Notes: generated from the letters alone by a model not told the origin. DNA of 64,000 nt from Candidatus Binatia bacterium (GCA_963664015.2 CAXXLF010000001.1:928001-992000), one strand, 5' to 3'; shown: positions 41,475 to 52,260, numbered from the stretch's first letter. A program made the numbers and translations.

Positions 41475-43031
41475 TTATCTATTTTTATCTATCCAGGTGT
41501 GACTCAAACCGCCTCCCCACCACCGGAATGCGGCATCGCTGTCCGTTGTGAAGCCCTTGATGTTATCGCGAAAGGCATGGAACTGGGGGCCGAAGCCGAC
41601 ATAAAGGATAATGACGTCATCAACCACTTCCTGAACCATCTGCTTGAGCAATTGCTTTCGCTTACTCTGGTCCATCTCCGTTTCGAGCTTATCAATCAAG
41701 GCGTCCATCGATTTTCTGCAGAATCCGGATGTATTATTGCTCCGCTTCTTGAGGTTGGGGCCACACCTCAGATCGGACCCGTAGGTCAGTGCAGGGTCCG
41801 GGTAGAAGCTACCCCCACCGAGGTGAAAAGAGTACTTGCCCTTACGAAGAAGCGCATGATAGACCCCACGCCCCACCATATTGAGCTTGAGGTTTATCCC
41901 AACTTTTTTGAGCTGTGCCTGCATCATGGCGGCCTCGCCCTCTCGGGCCGCCGACTGCTGGACTAACATCACAATCGGTTCTCCTTTGTAACCGGCCTCT
42001 TTAAGGAGCGCTCTGGCCTTGTCAGGATTGTACTCGGGGGCGGGAACGTTATCTATGTACCACGTATGCCCCTTGGGATACTTTTGATCCGTCGGATCGC
42101 CGAAGCCAAAGAATCCGGCCTGAAGAAGCTGTTTTTTGTTTACCGCGTGGGCAACCGCAAGGCGCATCTTCTTGCTGTCAAAGGGCGGTGCAGCAACGTT
42201 AAACTCCACGCTGCGAAACTCCGCATGAGTGGCCACAGCAAATTGTACCCCCTTGACTTTCCCCTTGGCCACCTGTTCGATCCACTCCAGCGGTGCCCGT
42301 TCAATGATGTCGACGTCACCTGTACGCAGGGCGGTGAAACGAACGGTCGCGTCTCTCACCGGTCGAAGAATCATTTTATCCACAAAAGCCTTCGGCCCCC
42401 AGTAGTCGTCGAAACGCTCAAGGACGAGTCGCTGAGCAGGCTTCCATTCCACGAACCTGAATGGACCAGTTCCCGGCGGGTACTGATCGAGTTTTTCAAT
42501 TCCCTCGGGCAAAGACTCCTTGGGAATGACCGAGAAGGTCTGGATGTTGGTGAGTACAGAGAGAAACCCCGGGCCGGCCTTCTTCAGGTGCATTCTCAAT
42601 GTGTGTTTATCGACGATCTCGGCCCGGTCCAGCAAGGCGAGCCGCGTATACCCATATGCACCGTTCTTTGGATTCAACGTGTAGTCGATAGAGAATTTGA
42701 CGTCGTCCGCCGTCATTTCTCTCCCGTTGTGAAACTTGACCCCTCTGCGAAGCTTGAAGGTGTAGACCTTGCCGTCTTTGGACATCTCCCACGACTCGGC
42801 TAGGTTCGGTTGAACCTTACCCGCTAGGTCTATGCCCAAGAGTGGCTCGAACATGGTCTCGCGGATCCGGCCGTCGGTTGACTTAGTCCCCACCAGGGGA
42901 TTCATGATATCCACGTCTTTCCGGATGGCCATTTTGAGCGTCCCCCCGCGTTTAGGTTCATCCGCGAGACCCGCCTGCACAAACCCGAGGAGAAAAATCC
43001 ATAAGAAACTGACCAGAATATATCGTCTCAT
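41475..43031 (-). CDS. ABC substrate-binding protein, family 5 (DppA/OppA-like)
   Basis: PKRGGTL, PNLAESWE, LRRGVKFHNG, GTGPFRF; no cognate permease in the window. Confidence 0.9.
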   Translation of the reverse strand: MRRYILVSFLWIFLLGFVQAGLADEPKRGGTLKMAIRKDVDIMNPLVGTKSTDGRIRETMFEPLLGIDLAGKVQPNLAESWEMSKDGKVYTFKLRRGVKFHNGREMTADDVKFSIDYTLNPKNGAYGYTRLALLDRAEIVDKHTLRMHLKKAGPGFLSVLTNIQTFSVIPKESLPEGIEKLDQYPPGTGPFRFVEWKPAQRLVLERFDDYWGPKAFVDKMILRPVRDATVRFTALRTGDVDIIERAPLEWIEQVAKGKVKGVQFAVATHAEFRSVEFNVAAPPFDSKKMRLAVAHAVNKKQLLQAGFFGFGDPTDQKYPKGHTWYIDNVPAPEYNPDKARALLKEAGYKGEPIVMLVQQSAAREGEAAMMQAQLKKVGINLKLNMVGRGVYHALLRKGKYSFHLGGGSFYPDPALTYGSDLRCGPNLKKRSNNTSGFCRKSMDALIDKLETEMDQSKRKQLLKQMVQEVVDDVIILYVGFGPQFHAFRDNIKGFTTDSDAAFRWWGGGLSHTWIDKNR

Positions 43032-43128
43032 AGCCTTGCCCCTTTCACTCGGTTAGATTCCAGTTTTAAGATCACCAACCCGATAATCCATTACTCCACA
43101 TCCGCCCCAATGACGGAGCGACAATCGA

Positions 43129-43899
43129 CTACGCAACCTTTTGCTGTTCCTGGTAACTGGCGTAAAGGGCATCCGGCCAAGGCAACATTTGACTTCCCGG
43201 CCGGGCACCTTGAACAGCCCTTTCCACCTGCACCCTCATGCCATCGTAGTCCTCTTCCTTCACCAGTCCGAGTTTGTAGAGTTTGGCCAGCAGCAGTTCG
43301 CCTTCGGGACCGTGTTCCTCTAGATCCGCCACCACATGGATATCCCAATACTCGAGTAGGTCATCGGGAATGTCATACTTCTCATGCAGGATCTCACGCC
43401 AGAACTTCATGCTGTAACCGACAAATCCTTCCAGCATCCACCGAACCGCCGTTAGTGCCGGGCTCTGGGAGCGGTACACCAAGGCCGTATTGAAACGCGC
43501 CTCCAGCTCGGCAATGGGCTTGGAAAAGAAGAGATCCTCGTCTTTCAGTCCCAGATAGTGAGCGAATTTAAGATAGGTCCGTCCATGCCCGCCGGGACGT
43601 GGGTCCGACAGTTCGGAACCGATCTTTGACGCCACAATGTCGTAGAGGTCCGGATTTCTACGCCACAGGTCCAGATAGTTCACAATGGTCCAGGTTACGT
43701 TGGTATTGGTGAGCTGGATAAATATGTAGTACTGTTTCGCGTATTCTTTTAGAAACTCCAGCGGGACTTTCCCCGCACCAAAATCGTCGTAGAATCGCCC
43801 CCGCTGTTTCCCCGTCTTAAATGGATGGTTTTCGGTCTTTACCTCAAACCACGATTTAAACGATTCGTACGTAGGAAAATTCAATTGTTCACCAGCCAT
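43129..43899 (-). CDS. Heme-oxygenase-like fold putative diiron enzyme #2 (paralog of 35747..36520)
   Basis: Same ELSDPRPGGH, MLEG and HVVADLEEH motifs; long identical peptide blocks. Confidence 0.72.
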   Translation of the reverse strand: MAGEQLNFPTYESFKSWFEVKTENHPFKTGKQRGRFYDDFGAGKVPLEFLKEYAKQYYIFIQLTNTNVTWTIVNYLDLWRRNPDLYDIVASKIGSELSDPRPGGHGRTYLKFAHYLGLKDEDLFFSKPIAELEARFNTALVYRSQSPALTAVRWMLEGFVGYSMKFWREILHEKYDIPDDLLEYWDIHVVADLEEHGPEGELLLAKLYKLGLVKEEDYDGMRVQVERAVQGARPGSQMLPWPDALYASYQEQQKVA

Positions 43900-43945
43900 G
43901 GAGGACTCCCTTCCGAATCAGACAAAATGATTCAAAACCCAACGA

Positions 43946-44689
43946 CTACAATCCCTGATACACCCGGATCAGGTACTCTGCATATCGTTTGGCCACGTGT
44001 TGAATGCCAAAGTTGGGTCGCTCCTCGACCAGCCCTCGATCAAAAAGAGATTTGAGCAAGAACCTTCCCGGGCTCCCGTGACTCGTCAGCCAACACGCCT
44101 CCCAGTTCTCAAAATAATCCAAGGCATCCCCCTTGAGACCGAACGGAGGCTTACCGAGGGCTTCCTGAAATAGGGCGCAAAACTTCAAAAGATACTCTTC
44201 ACCGATTAGCTGTGCGGCAAACTCGGCCAATGTCCCTTCCAAGTAAACCGATTTGAGAAAACTTGTCATATGAACCGTGTAGGGTCCCGGGCGCGAGGTG
44301 AGCAGCTGCTCATGGTTCATCCCCAGGGCCCGGCCCAAGAGCAGGAGCCCTTTGACATGGCCACCGGGATACGGATAGTTGAGCGACTTCCCCGCCCGCT
44401 CGGTTACGATTTCTTCTATATCAGGATATCGCCCCAATATATAATGATGCCGCGACCAAAGCAGCGCTCGGTGCATGTCGGTTTCCTGAACGTGGTTGTA
44501 CCAGTTCCCCAGCCAACCCTTGAGCCGGTCCTCGGTCAACCGTCCTGCCCGCAGGTCTTGAAAAAACGGTAGATCGATCCATTGCTCAAACAACGGCTTT
44601 GCCTCTCGCTCCCACCAACTCTCGTAATCCGCATACGACCCCGGGCTCGACTCCGTAATGTTGGCTTCCATTAGGTAGGCCTCCTCCAT
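43946..44689 (-). CDS. TenA/heme-oxygenase-like fold protein lacking most metal ligands
   Basis: PFFQDLRAGRL start and PGGH shared with its neighbour, but the upstream Glu and the H-x3-D are replaced (YFENWEACWLTSH). Confidence 0.6.
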   Translation of the reverse strand: MEEAYLMEANITESSPGSYADYESWWEREAKPLFEQWIDLPFFQDLRAGRLTEDRLKGWLGNWYNHVQETDMHRALLWSRHHYILGRYPDIEEIVTERAGKSLNYPYPGGHVKGLLLLGRALGMNHEQLLTSRPGPYTVHMTSFLKSVYLEGTLAEFAAQLIGEEYLLKFCALFQEALGKPPFGLKGDALDYFENWEACWLTSHGSPGRFLLKSLFDRGLVEERPNFGIQHVAKRYAEYLIRVYQGL

Positions 44690-44699
44690 TTATAAAGAC

Positions 44700-45686
44700 T
44701 CAAATTTGATTTTGTGTCGTTTCTTTACACCACTCGACGAATTCCTTCAGTCCCCTGGCCAGATCGTACTGGGGCGCGAACCCGAGACCCTGACCCGCCC
44801 TGGTAATATCCAGCGGGCCCCGAGTGGGCCTCAGCGGGTTATCCTGAGCGCCAGGAAAAAATTCAAACTCGGCTTGGGGAATGGATCTCTGAATCGCCGC
44901 TGCGATCTGCCGATAAGATACCAATTGCCCCGAGCTGATATTGTACACGGCATGTTTTTGATCTCGCTTGGAATAGGCGAGAGAGACGGCGTCAGCGATA
45001 TCCTTAATATAGGTCAGATCGGTCAACGTGTCCGCAGCCTTGATCTCCACAGGATCGCCTTTCATGGCCTTCCCAATCCAAGCGCCCAGAAAAAGCGATT
45101 TTCCTCTCATGTGCCCTACGCGATCCGACGAACAGGCCGGGCCGTATATGGAAAGAGGCCGAAGACTAACACAACTCATCCCATATACCTCTCGATACAT
45201 CTCCACGAGGATCTCACCCATATAATGGCTCGGATGATAGATCGTTCCTCGCCAACGGATAGCTTCGTCTTCTTTGATGGGGGATTGATCTTTGCGAAGA
45301 CCATAGACACCAGCGGTACTGATGTATACGAATCTGGAGACCTGGGCCTTGCGCGCGGCCTCAAGGACATTCAATGTTCCTTGAACGTTCAGCGTAATCG
45401 CCGGGTGCGGCTCTTTTCTCGCCGCCGCCTCATTACCCGCAGCCGCGGTATGAATGACCCCCGCTACTTTAAGCTCTCGAACGCAATCGGCCAAGGCCTC
45501 TGGATCCAGAATATCACCCTTGATAAACCGAACGGATCCGCTACCGCTCGTCGGTTGGAGCAGGGAGAGTTCGGGGGAGCGCACGTCATAACAGAGAACC
45601 GCATGGCCCTTTTCTGCCAGGACTCGACACACGTGGGTGCCCAGAAACCCGGAGCCACCAATAACCAGAACGGGCAATAGAACCAT
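44700..45686 (-). CDS. NAD-dependent epimerase/dehydratase (extended SDR)
   Basis: GGSGFLG, HTAA, STAGVYG; catalytic YxxxK appears as YHPSH. Confidence 0.85.
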   Translation of the reverse strand: MVLLPVLVIGGSGFLGTHVCRVLAEKGHAVLCYDVRSPELSLLQPTSGSGSVRFIKGDILDPEALADCVRELKVAGVIHTAAAGNEAAARKEPHPAITLNVQGTLNVLEAARKAQVSRFVYISTAGVYGLRKDQSPIKEDEAIRWRGTIYHPSHYMGEILVEMYREVYGMSCVSLRPLSIYGPACSSDRVGHMRGKSLFLGAWIGKAMKGDPVEIKAADTLTDLTYIKDIADAVSLAYSKRDQKHAVYNISSGQLVSYRQIAAAIQRSIPQAEFEFFPGAQDNPLRPTRGPLDITRAGQGLGFAPQYDLARGLKEFVEWCKETTQNQI

Positions 45687-45713
45687 AATACCTACTCTGT
45701 CCCTTCAAAAGAG

Positions 45714-46877
45714 CTATCTCCCACTCTTTGCTTTTCGCCCTTTCCAAACTTCCCTAATTATTCGGTTAACCTTGCCCATATCCTTCAAGCCGGGTCCTGC
45801 AAGGATCTGATAATTAACTCCAGTTTGTCTCCGAACGTGGGGCAGTACATGCTCGTCCTTAGGAATGTCAATCCTCAGTGAATTTTTATCCAGATTGACC
45901 TTTTGATAAATAATTTGCCCATCTCGGGACAACAGCCAGTTGATGGCCACCTTTGCCGCGTTGGGATGGGGGGCCTTGTTAAATAAGGCCACGTTACCGC
46001 TGCTAGTGCTGAGAGGGATCCCTTCCTTGAAATTTCTGGAATCAAAGATATTTACGGGGAGCCCTTGTTTCATTCCGTCATAAATTCCCACCCTGTCCGG
46101 AGGGGCGAGAGCAGAAATCGAGAACTTTCCCACGCCTAGCCAGTTCACCAACTGGCGACCATCACGGGTAGCCGTAAGGTCCATTTCGGTGAGAAAACGC
46201 CTTAAGAATTTTTCGCCCAATGCTGGATTGTGGTAGATAAATGCCAGTACGCCACTAACTGCTCCCCCCATAGTGGGGTCCAGACTGATTATCTTGCCTT
46301 TCCATTGGGGGTCGAGAAAATCCCAGTAAGACGTGATCATTTCACGTTTAACTAGTCGGGTATTAAAAGCAAAATAAGACTGCGGGACCCCATTAAAAGC
46401 AAGAATATATTTGCCTTCATCATCGTGGTAGAAATGCTTCCCCCTCCACCATTTTGACTTGTCCACGACCTCGGGCAAGACCAAAGTGGGTTTGATCGGG
46501 TCCAGGTTCCCTCTCTTATAAAAATGCCTATAGGGCGTGCCGGACCCGCTGAGATAGAGATCCGCGAGGAATTTCCCCGCTCTCCGCTCTGCCAATACCC
46601 GTTGCGCAATCTGGCTACCGCGTCCAGAGACCGTGACAACCTTGATTGCAGGAAATTTTTTCTGAAATTCCGCAAAGATCGCTTCATAACTCTCAGAAAC
46701 GTGAAGCACCAAGCGACCTTCTTTTTTGGCGGCCCGAAGGGTATCTTCCCAATCCGCCTTCCAGCGGTCCTGAGCCTCCAGGTTTGACTGCGGGCCCAGG
46801 ACGGATAGGACGGCCATAGAAACTAAAGCAAGGGCCCAGGTTCTGAGCCTTAGCATCAAATTACGCTGTTTAATCAT
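45714..46877 (-). CDS. ABC substrate-binding protein (FbpA/AfuA-like) #2, paralog of 30125..31225
   Basis: Signal peptide, AAKKEG, AERRAGKFLAD, APHPNAAKVAINWLLS; start moved to the ATG at 46877. Confidence 0.88.
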   Translation of the reverse strand: MIKQRNLMLRLRTWALALVSMAVLSVLGPQSNLEAQDRWKADWEDTLRAAKKEGRLVLHVSESYEAIFAEFQKKFPAIKVVTVSGRGSQIAQRVLAERRAGKFLADLYLSGSGTPYRHFYKRGNLDPIKPTLVLPEVVDKSKWWRGKHFYHDDEGKYILAFNGVPQSYFAFNTRLVKREMITSYWDFLDPQWKGKIISLDPTMGGAVSGVLAFIYHNPALGEKFLRRFLTEMDLTATRDGRQLVNWLGVGKFSISALAPPDRVGIYDGMKQGLPVNIFDSRNFKEGIPLSTSSGNVALFNKAPHPNAAKVAINWLLSRDGQIIYQKVNLDKNSLRIDIPKDEHVLPHVRRQTGVNYQILAGPGLKDMGKVNRIIREVWKGRKAKSGR

Positions 46878-46921
46878 CAAGTTTCCTCCCATTAACAATT
46901 TGTTTCTCCGTTGGGTTAAAC

Positions 46922-48112
46922 TCACTCGGGACTTGGAACCTGGTGGGAGACTCCGATCTCCCGTCGTTCCTTGGCCGACTCCAGGATCGCCATGCAAACT
47001 TCGAGGGTGGCCTCGCCCCACCGGCCATCGTGGAAGACCGGCCGGTTGTTGACGACCGCCTGGTAGAGCTCCTCTACCTCGGCTTGCCGTCCGATCCTTC
47101 CCTGGGGAATATCCAACTCTTTTATCTCTTCGTCACCATAAACCAACAGCCCATCTGCTGACTGCCGGATATCACCCTTTTCGCACGTCACCACCGTAAA
47201 ACCAAAAAAAGGCTGCCTTCTCACGCTTTTTTCCGACCGATGACTGAATGCTCCTTCCTTCTGCCCCCCGTACCGCATCTGTTCCTTAAGCATTTCTTCT
47301 TTATCAGGATCACTGATGGCTTTACTGGTTTTTCTAACCCTCAGATTGGTGCCTGGATCTCTGGGCTGCCCCCCTTCTCCCACCCACCAATGGAGCTCAG
47401 CCGTGTCGAAGAAACCGTATCCGCTATACACCAGGGTTGCGGGCACTCCGTCCTCGAACTCCAGATAGCAGGTGTAGCTCCCCTCATGGCCGCGAGATGC
47501 ATCCCAAATCCCGGTCATGGCACGAACGCTTCTGACCATGCCACCGCCGATCAGTCTGACCACATCCACATGGTGTGGGCCTTGATTTAAAACCACCCCG
47601 TGACTGGTCGCCAACTCATGCTTCATCCTTGGCCGGTACATAAACTCATTAAAATTCCATGTGTTGATCATGCAGAGCTTACCCAATTCTCCAGTTTTTA
47701 CGATCTCTCGAATCTTGCGAATGGGGGGATCGAAGCTGTGAGTGTGCCCGCACAGGAGTTTGGTACCGTATTTGTCCGCTGCCTCGTTCATCCTCTCGCA
47801 CTGTTCAATTGTGAGCGCCATAGGCTTTTCCACAATGGCATGCTTCCCATTCTTTGCCGCCGTTATGACATGTTCGGCGTGCCATTGGTTGGGCGTCGCC
47901 ACGTAGATAAAATCGACCTTATCGCTCCGGCACATGGCCTCCACGCTATCGAAGGCTTCACCCCCGAATTCCTGGCTAAACTTTTGCAGGGCGTCTTTTC
48001 GAACATCGACGGCCGCCGCAATCTTGATATATGGGATCTGGGCCAATTGAGGCAAAATCTGCGTGCTCGCCACCCCAAGCCCTGCCATCCCCATCCTTAA
48101 AACCTCTGCCAT
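46922..48112 (-). CDS. Gfo/Idh/MocA oxidoreductase, Pht4/OphB-like #2
   Basis: GLGVAS, EKPMAL, GHTHSFD, HDGRWGEATLEVC; directly follows a Pht3-like oxygenase. Confidence 0.86.
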   Translation of the reverse strand: MAEVLRMGMAGLGVASTQILPQLAQIPYIKIAAAVDVRKDALQKFSQEFGGEAFDSVEAMCRSDKVDFIYVATPNQWHAEHVITAAKNGKHAIVEKPMALTIEQCERMNEAADKYGTKLLCGHTHSFDPPIRKIREIVKTGELGKLCMINTWNFNEFMYRPRMKHELATSHGVVLNQGPHHVDVVRLIGGGMVRSVRAMTGIWDASRGHEGSYTCYLEFEDGVPATLVYSGYGFFDTAELHWWVGEGGQPRDPGTNLRVRKTSKAISDPDKEEMLKEQMRYGGQKEGAFSHRSEKSVRRQPFFGFTVVTCEKGDIRQSADGLLVYGDEEIKELDIPQGRIGRQAEVEELYQAVVNNRPVFHDGRWGEATLEVCMAILESAKERREIGVSHQVPSPE

Positions 48113-48145
48113 GACACCTCCCTTTGCAATCTCACCATGCCCCGA

Positions 48146-49456
48146 TCAACTCGATACAGGGCTCAATTTCTCCCTAGCTTCGGCTCCCACCTTTTGAGTG
48201 TAGCTTTTCACATCCGTCGAGGTGGAAACGACCTCCGAAATCACCACCATGTGAGGAAAACGATTCTGGGCAGGATCCCTGACCACGTGAAGCGGATCGC
48301 GACCCTCCTGAACATCTCGAATCGCTTTCAACAGCTGTTTCCTAGCAGCCACGATGGCCTTGTCCGAAGTCACCAGATGCTCCCGCGTACGATTCTGAAT
48401 CGCACCTTGACTCTCCGTGGCAAAGAGGTCATGCCCAGGGAAAAACGGCCCCATGCCCGTGTAGGATTTATTCTTTAACTCTTCCCGATCCTGGAGGTAG
48501 CGGTTACCCGCCGTGCGAACGGGCCGATAATCGGAACCAACCTCCTTGATGTAACGACCATTAAACAACTCTTTGTTCAACGGCGCTTCGCGACTGAAGA
48601 CGATCATAAACTTCCAATGGTTTTCGTCGTCGATGGGCACGTGCCAATTGACGAGATACCCCGCCCCCTGAGTCTCACCGGGGACGGCGCAAAGGCTGGG
48701 CATGATAAAATTTGAAACCCTGAGATAGGCAGTCTCACCGACCGGGCGAAAGGTAAAGATTCGAACACCGAAGTCCTCTAACTCCAGCTCGACCGTGGGA
48801 GCAAGATTATCCCCGCATAGCTGATTGGGTGAGGTTTCACTCCCTGCCACTTTCCTAAATCGCGTGGGCCTGCCACTCCCTGCCAAATTCTCATCGAAAA
48901 ATCGATGCAAGAACGAGAGGTGAACAGGATCGATATTGCCTTCGTTTGCCTGCAGGTAGTTACACTCAGAGTATACCTTGTAGGAAAACCGATTCTCATC
49001 GGGGACATCGAAGATCTCGTAAGTGGGCAGTTGGGGAGGATCTCCCGGGCCCATGTAGGCAAAGATCAGCCCTGCCTTCTCAATGCAGGGATAGGCTTTC
49101 TGCCGGATGCTCTCACGGTTGCGACCGCCTTCGGGCTCCCCCGGCTGGTCCAAGCAGCGCCCTTCCCGGTCATAGAGCCATCCGTGGTAAATGCATCGAA
49201 GCCCCCCGTCCTCAACACGGCCATAACTCAAATCTGCGCCTCGATGAGAGCAGTGAATGTCTAATAGCCCCGGCTTTCCATGATCATCCCGGAAAAGGAC
49301 CAGATCCTCCCCAAAGAACCTGACCGGTTTCGGCGCGCTATTGGCAGGTAATTCTTCGGCCAGTGCGATGGGATGCCAATACCGCCGTAACATCTCCCCT
49401 GCCGGTGTTCCCGGACCCACACGGGTTAACAAATCGTTTTCTTCTTGGGTCATCAT
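48146..49456 (-). CDS. Rieske oxygenase, phthalate 4,5-dioxygenase (Pht3/OphA2)/LigXa-like
   Basis: LTRVGPGTPAGEMLRRYWHP, CSHRG...CIYHGW, EGNIDPVHLSFLH, EHLVTSD. Confidence 0.9.
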   Translation of the reverse strand: MMTQEENDLLTRVGPGTPAGEMLRRYWHPIALAEELPANSAPKPVRFFGEDLVLFRDDHGKPGLLDIHCSHRGADLSYGRVEDGGLRCIYHGWLYDREGRCLDQPGEPEGGRNRESIRQKAYPCIEKAGLIFAYMGPGDPPQLPTYEIFDVPDENRFSYKVYSECNYLQANEGNIDPVHLSFLHRFFDENLAGSGRPTRFRKVAGSETSPNQLCGDNLAPTVELELEDFGVRIFTFRPVGETAYLRVSNFIMPSLCAVPGETQGAGYLVNWHVPIDDENHWKFMIVFSREAPLNKELFNGRYIKEVGSDYRPVRTAGNRYLQDREELKNKSYTGMGPFFPGHDLFATESQGAIQNRTREHLVTSDKAIVAARKQLLKAIRDVQEGRDPLHVVRDPAQNRFPHMVVISEVVSTSTDVKSYTQKVGAEAREKLSPVSS

Positions 49457-49539
49457 AGCTTCTTCCTCCGTGATAGGATTTTTCTAAATCGTCGAATCTC
49501 CTCTCCCAATCCTCCCGGTCCAGTGCACGAAAAGACCCT

Positions 49540-50997
49540 TTACAATTTTGGAAATGGGATGATCCCCTGAAACTTGCGGATGGCCTGCTCACGCATCTCC
49601 CGACTGCTCCGGCTCACTTTGGGAAATTTATCACGCCACTCAAACGGCCGGACCGCGTAAAACACCGCCCGGCTGTTGGTGTAATCACCGGACGCTCTCT
49701 GCTCCGGCGACATGCGCGGATCCAAGGGGGTACTCCAGCACTTATCGATAATATCGATGTTCGTTTTGGGATCGACACGGGTCATCATAGCCCACTCGAC
49801 TTCCTTCAGGTTCGTCGGGTCGATATCTTCGTCCACGACCACAACGTAGCGTCCGTTTCGGGCCGCGGCAGAACAGCTAAGAGCAGCCAGACCCGCTTGC
49901 CTGGCGTGCCCGGCATAGCGCTGCTTGATCGCAACCACCACCATGTAAGGGCTGTGGCTGTACACCCCCACGACGTCCTGAATCCCGGCGCTTTCTAACT
50001 GATCCCACAGAACCCCTGAGGATAAGCCGAGGTCCATCTTCATAGCACCGGTCCATTGGGGTGCCTCGTCTTCGAGTATGGGATCGTTTCTATGGTAAAG
50101 AGCCTTGACCTTGATCACCGGTTGGGCTTCACCCGTCCCGATCGTCCCGCCGGAGTAGTATCCAGGCCATTCACCAAAAGGACCTTCATCCCGTGCTTCC
50201 GTTTTCGGGGGAGGGATCTCTCCCTCGATGGCAATCTCCGCACTTGCCGGGATAGGAAGACCCGTGACGGGCCCCCGAATAATATCAAACGGCTTCCCCA
50301 TGAGGCCCCCCACAAGTTCCAGTTCCGAATGGCCCCAGGGGACTTTAGAATGGGCGACCATAAAAGCAAGGGGGTGTACGCTGAAAGCCGCTACGACGGG
50401 GCAGGCCTTGCCCTGTTCCCAATACTTCATACAGATGAGACGCCCATGCTGTCCGGGGCTCATCCACAAACCCAGAAGGTTCCGTTCATGGAGTTGCATC
50501 CGGTAGGTCCCCATGTTGATAAAATCACCCTCCAGCTCGGCATTGATAAGACAATCACCGGTTCCTATATAACGCCCTCCATCATGTTCATGAAAGTGCA
50601 AGGCTGGGAACTTAAAAAGATCCACATCGTTACCCGTGGAGACGTTCTCCATTACCGGTGAGGTGGTCACCTCACGGGGAGGAATCGGGGTAGCAGATTT
50701 CAGTTTACGGGTAGCCAAACGCAGGACCTCAAGCTTGCTCTTATCCGTGGGAAGTCCCAAAGCAAGGGCCACACGTTTGTAAGAACCGAATGGAAGGCTC
50801 AATACCCTATAACCCGGAGGATAACCTTTTATGTTGTTGAACATGAGCATGGGAGGTTGTGGAACCAATTCAGAAGTTGCCTCAATCAGGGCGCCAATTT
50901 CGTTATTCCAATCGGCTCCTTCGATCTCGCGGTAATCGCTAATTTTCTTGGCCGCTTCTATAAACTCCCGTATGTCATTATACTCAATTTGTCCCAT
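49540..50997 (-). CDS. UbiD family decarboxylase #3
   Basis: YNDIREFI, NMGTYRMQ, EGPFGEWPGYY, STPLDP. Confidence 0.9.
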   Translation of the reverse strand: MGQIEYNDIREFIEAAKKISDYREIEGADWNNEIGALIEATSELVPQPPMLMFNNIKGYPPGYRVLSLPFGSYKRVALALGLPTDKSKLEVLRLATRKLKSATPIPPREVTTSPVMENVSTGNDVDLFKFPALHFHEHDGGRYIGTGDCLINAELEGDFINMGTYRMQLHERNLLGLWMSPGQHGRLICMKYWEQGKACPVVAAFSVHPLAFMVAHSKVPWGHSELELVGGLMGKPFDIIRGPVTGLPIPASAEIAIEGEIPPPKTEARDEGPFGEWPGYYSGGTIGTGEAQPVIKVKALYHRNDPILEDEAPQWTGAMKMDLGLSSGVLWDQLESAGIQDVVGVYSHSPYMVVVAIKQRYAGHARQAGLAALSCSAAARNGRYVVVVDEDIDPTNLKEVEWAMMTRVDPKTNIDIIDKCWSTPLDPRMSPEQRASGDYTNSRAVFYAVRPFEWRDKFPKVSRSSREMREQAIRKFQGIIPFPKL

Positions 50998-51246
50998 TTT
51001 CTTTCTCCTCTCGATCCTTCGGGTCCCAGTTTCAGTATCTTCCACAGTTGAACCGGCAATACTTTGAGGGAATCAACCTATGGGTATTGCAAGTCTTTTA
51101 TTCGAAAGCGGGTAGGGTGTCAACTTGGAATTGGGGCCATGTCAGGGTAGAATCGCCTACCTGCATTAGACCTTGCCGCGGGAAGTGGTTGTTGGTATGG
51201 CTATAGGCATGCGCCCAAAGTGCATTCGAATCAAAGGAGGAGCCCA

Positions 51247-52206
51247 ATGATAACTGCAAAAAATCTCCACGGATTGATGGCCATGATGCCGGCATTCGCC
51301 ACCGCCGATGCCCATGACATTAACGCCACATCGACCATCGACGTGGAGAACCTCAAGGCGAGTGTGAATCGAATGATCACCGACGGGGGCGATGTGATCG
51401 CAACCACCGGGAGCTTTGGCGAGTTTCACACTTTGCTGTGGGATGAGTTTGAGACCTTGACCCGGGCCACCGTCGAAGCCGTCAAGGGGAGGGTTCCACT
51501 CTTTATCGGTTGCACCAGCCTACACAGCAGAGAGACTATCCGAAAAATGAAGTTCATACGTGACGCAGGCGGCGAAGGGGTCCTTGTTGGCGTCCCCTTT
51601 TACTTTCCTTCGACCGTCGACAACGCGGTGCAGTTTTATCACGACATTGCCGAGCTGTTTCCCGACCTGTCCATCATGGTCTACCACAACCCGACCCTCC
51701 ACAACGTTACCTTACCGGTGGAGGCTTTTAAGAAAATCACCCAGAGCCCCAACGTCGTGGCCATGAAGGATAGCCACCGAACGACCACCGAGTTTATGAA
51801 TCTCATGGAAATCGTCCGCGGTAAGATGAGTATCTTTGTTAATCAGCTCCAATACCATCCTTTTGCTTCCCTTGGCGCCGCCGGATTCTGGTCCATCGAC
51901 TCATGGATGGGTCCCTGGCCCCTGCTCCGCCTGCGCGACGCCATCAGGGTCAACGACCTGGAAACGGCGAAACAGATCATCTTCGAGCTCGCTCCCGGTG
52001 GCGCACCACCACCGGACCTGAGGTGGCGCGAGACAGCCGCCAAGATCGCCATTCAACATGCCGGCTACTGCAATCCTGGACCGCTCCGCCCACCCTTTGT
52101 CAATATACCGGATAACGTAAAGGAGAACGTAAAAAAGCGTGCCCAATACTGGAAGGGCCTCTGTGAAAAGTACGGGCCAAAAGCAAAGGCACGAGTAACC
52201 GCTTGA
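51247..52206 (+). CDS. DapA/NAL-superfamily hydratase-aldolase, NahE-like
   Basis: AAGGAGG RBS; GSFGEFHTL, GVPFY, QFYHDIAE, YHNP, AMKDSH (Schiff-base Lys), GPLRPPF. Confidence 0.85.
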   Translation: MITAKNLHGLMAMMPAFATADAHDINATSTIDVENLKASVNRMITDGGDVIATTGSFGEFHTLLWDEFETLTRATVEAVKGRVPLFIGCTSLHSRETIRKMKFIRDAGGEGVLVGVPFYFPSTVDNAVQFYHDIAELFPDLSIMVYHNPTLHNVTLPVEAFKKITQSPNVVAMKDSHRTTTEFMNLMEIVRGKMSIFVNQLQYHPFASLGAAGFWSIDSWMGPWPLLRLRDAIRVNDLETAKQIIFELAPGGAPPPDLRWRETAAKIAIQHAGYCNPGPLRPPFVNIPDNVKENVKKRAQYWKGLCEKYGPKAKARVTA

Positions 52207-52260
52207 GGCCATCATTGGAATTCTACCAATTGAGGCTGAACCATAATAAGGCCTCCAATC

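Noticed and set aside
44706-45680. 324-aa plus-strand ORF
   Set aside because: Antisense shadow of the epimerase. The same applies to 4047..4853, 42066..42803, 54051..54764 and the other long antisense ORFs.
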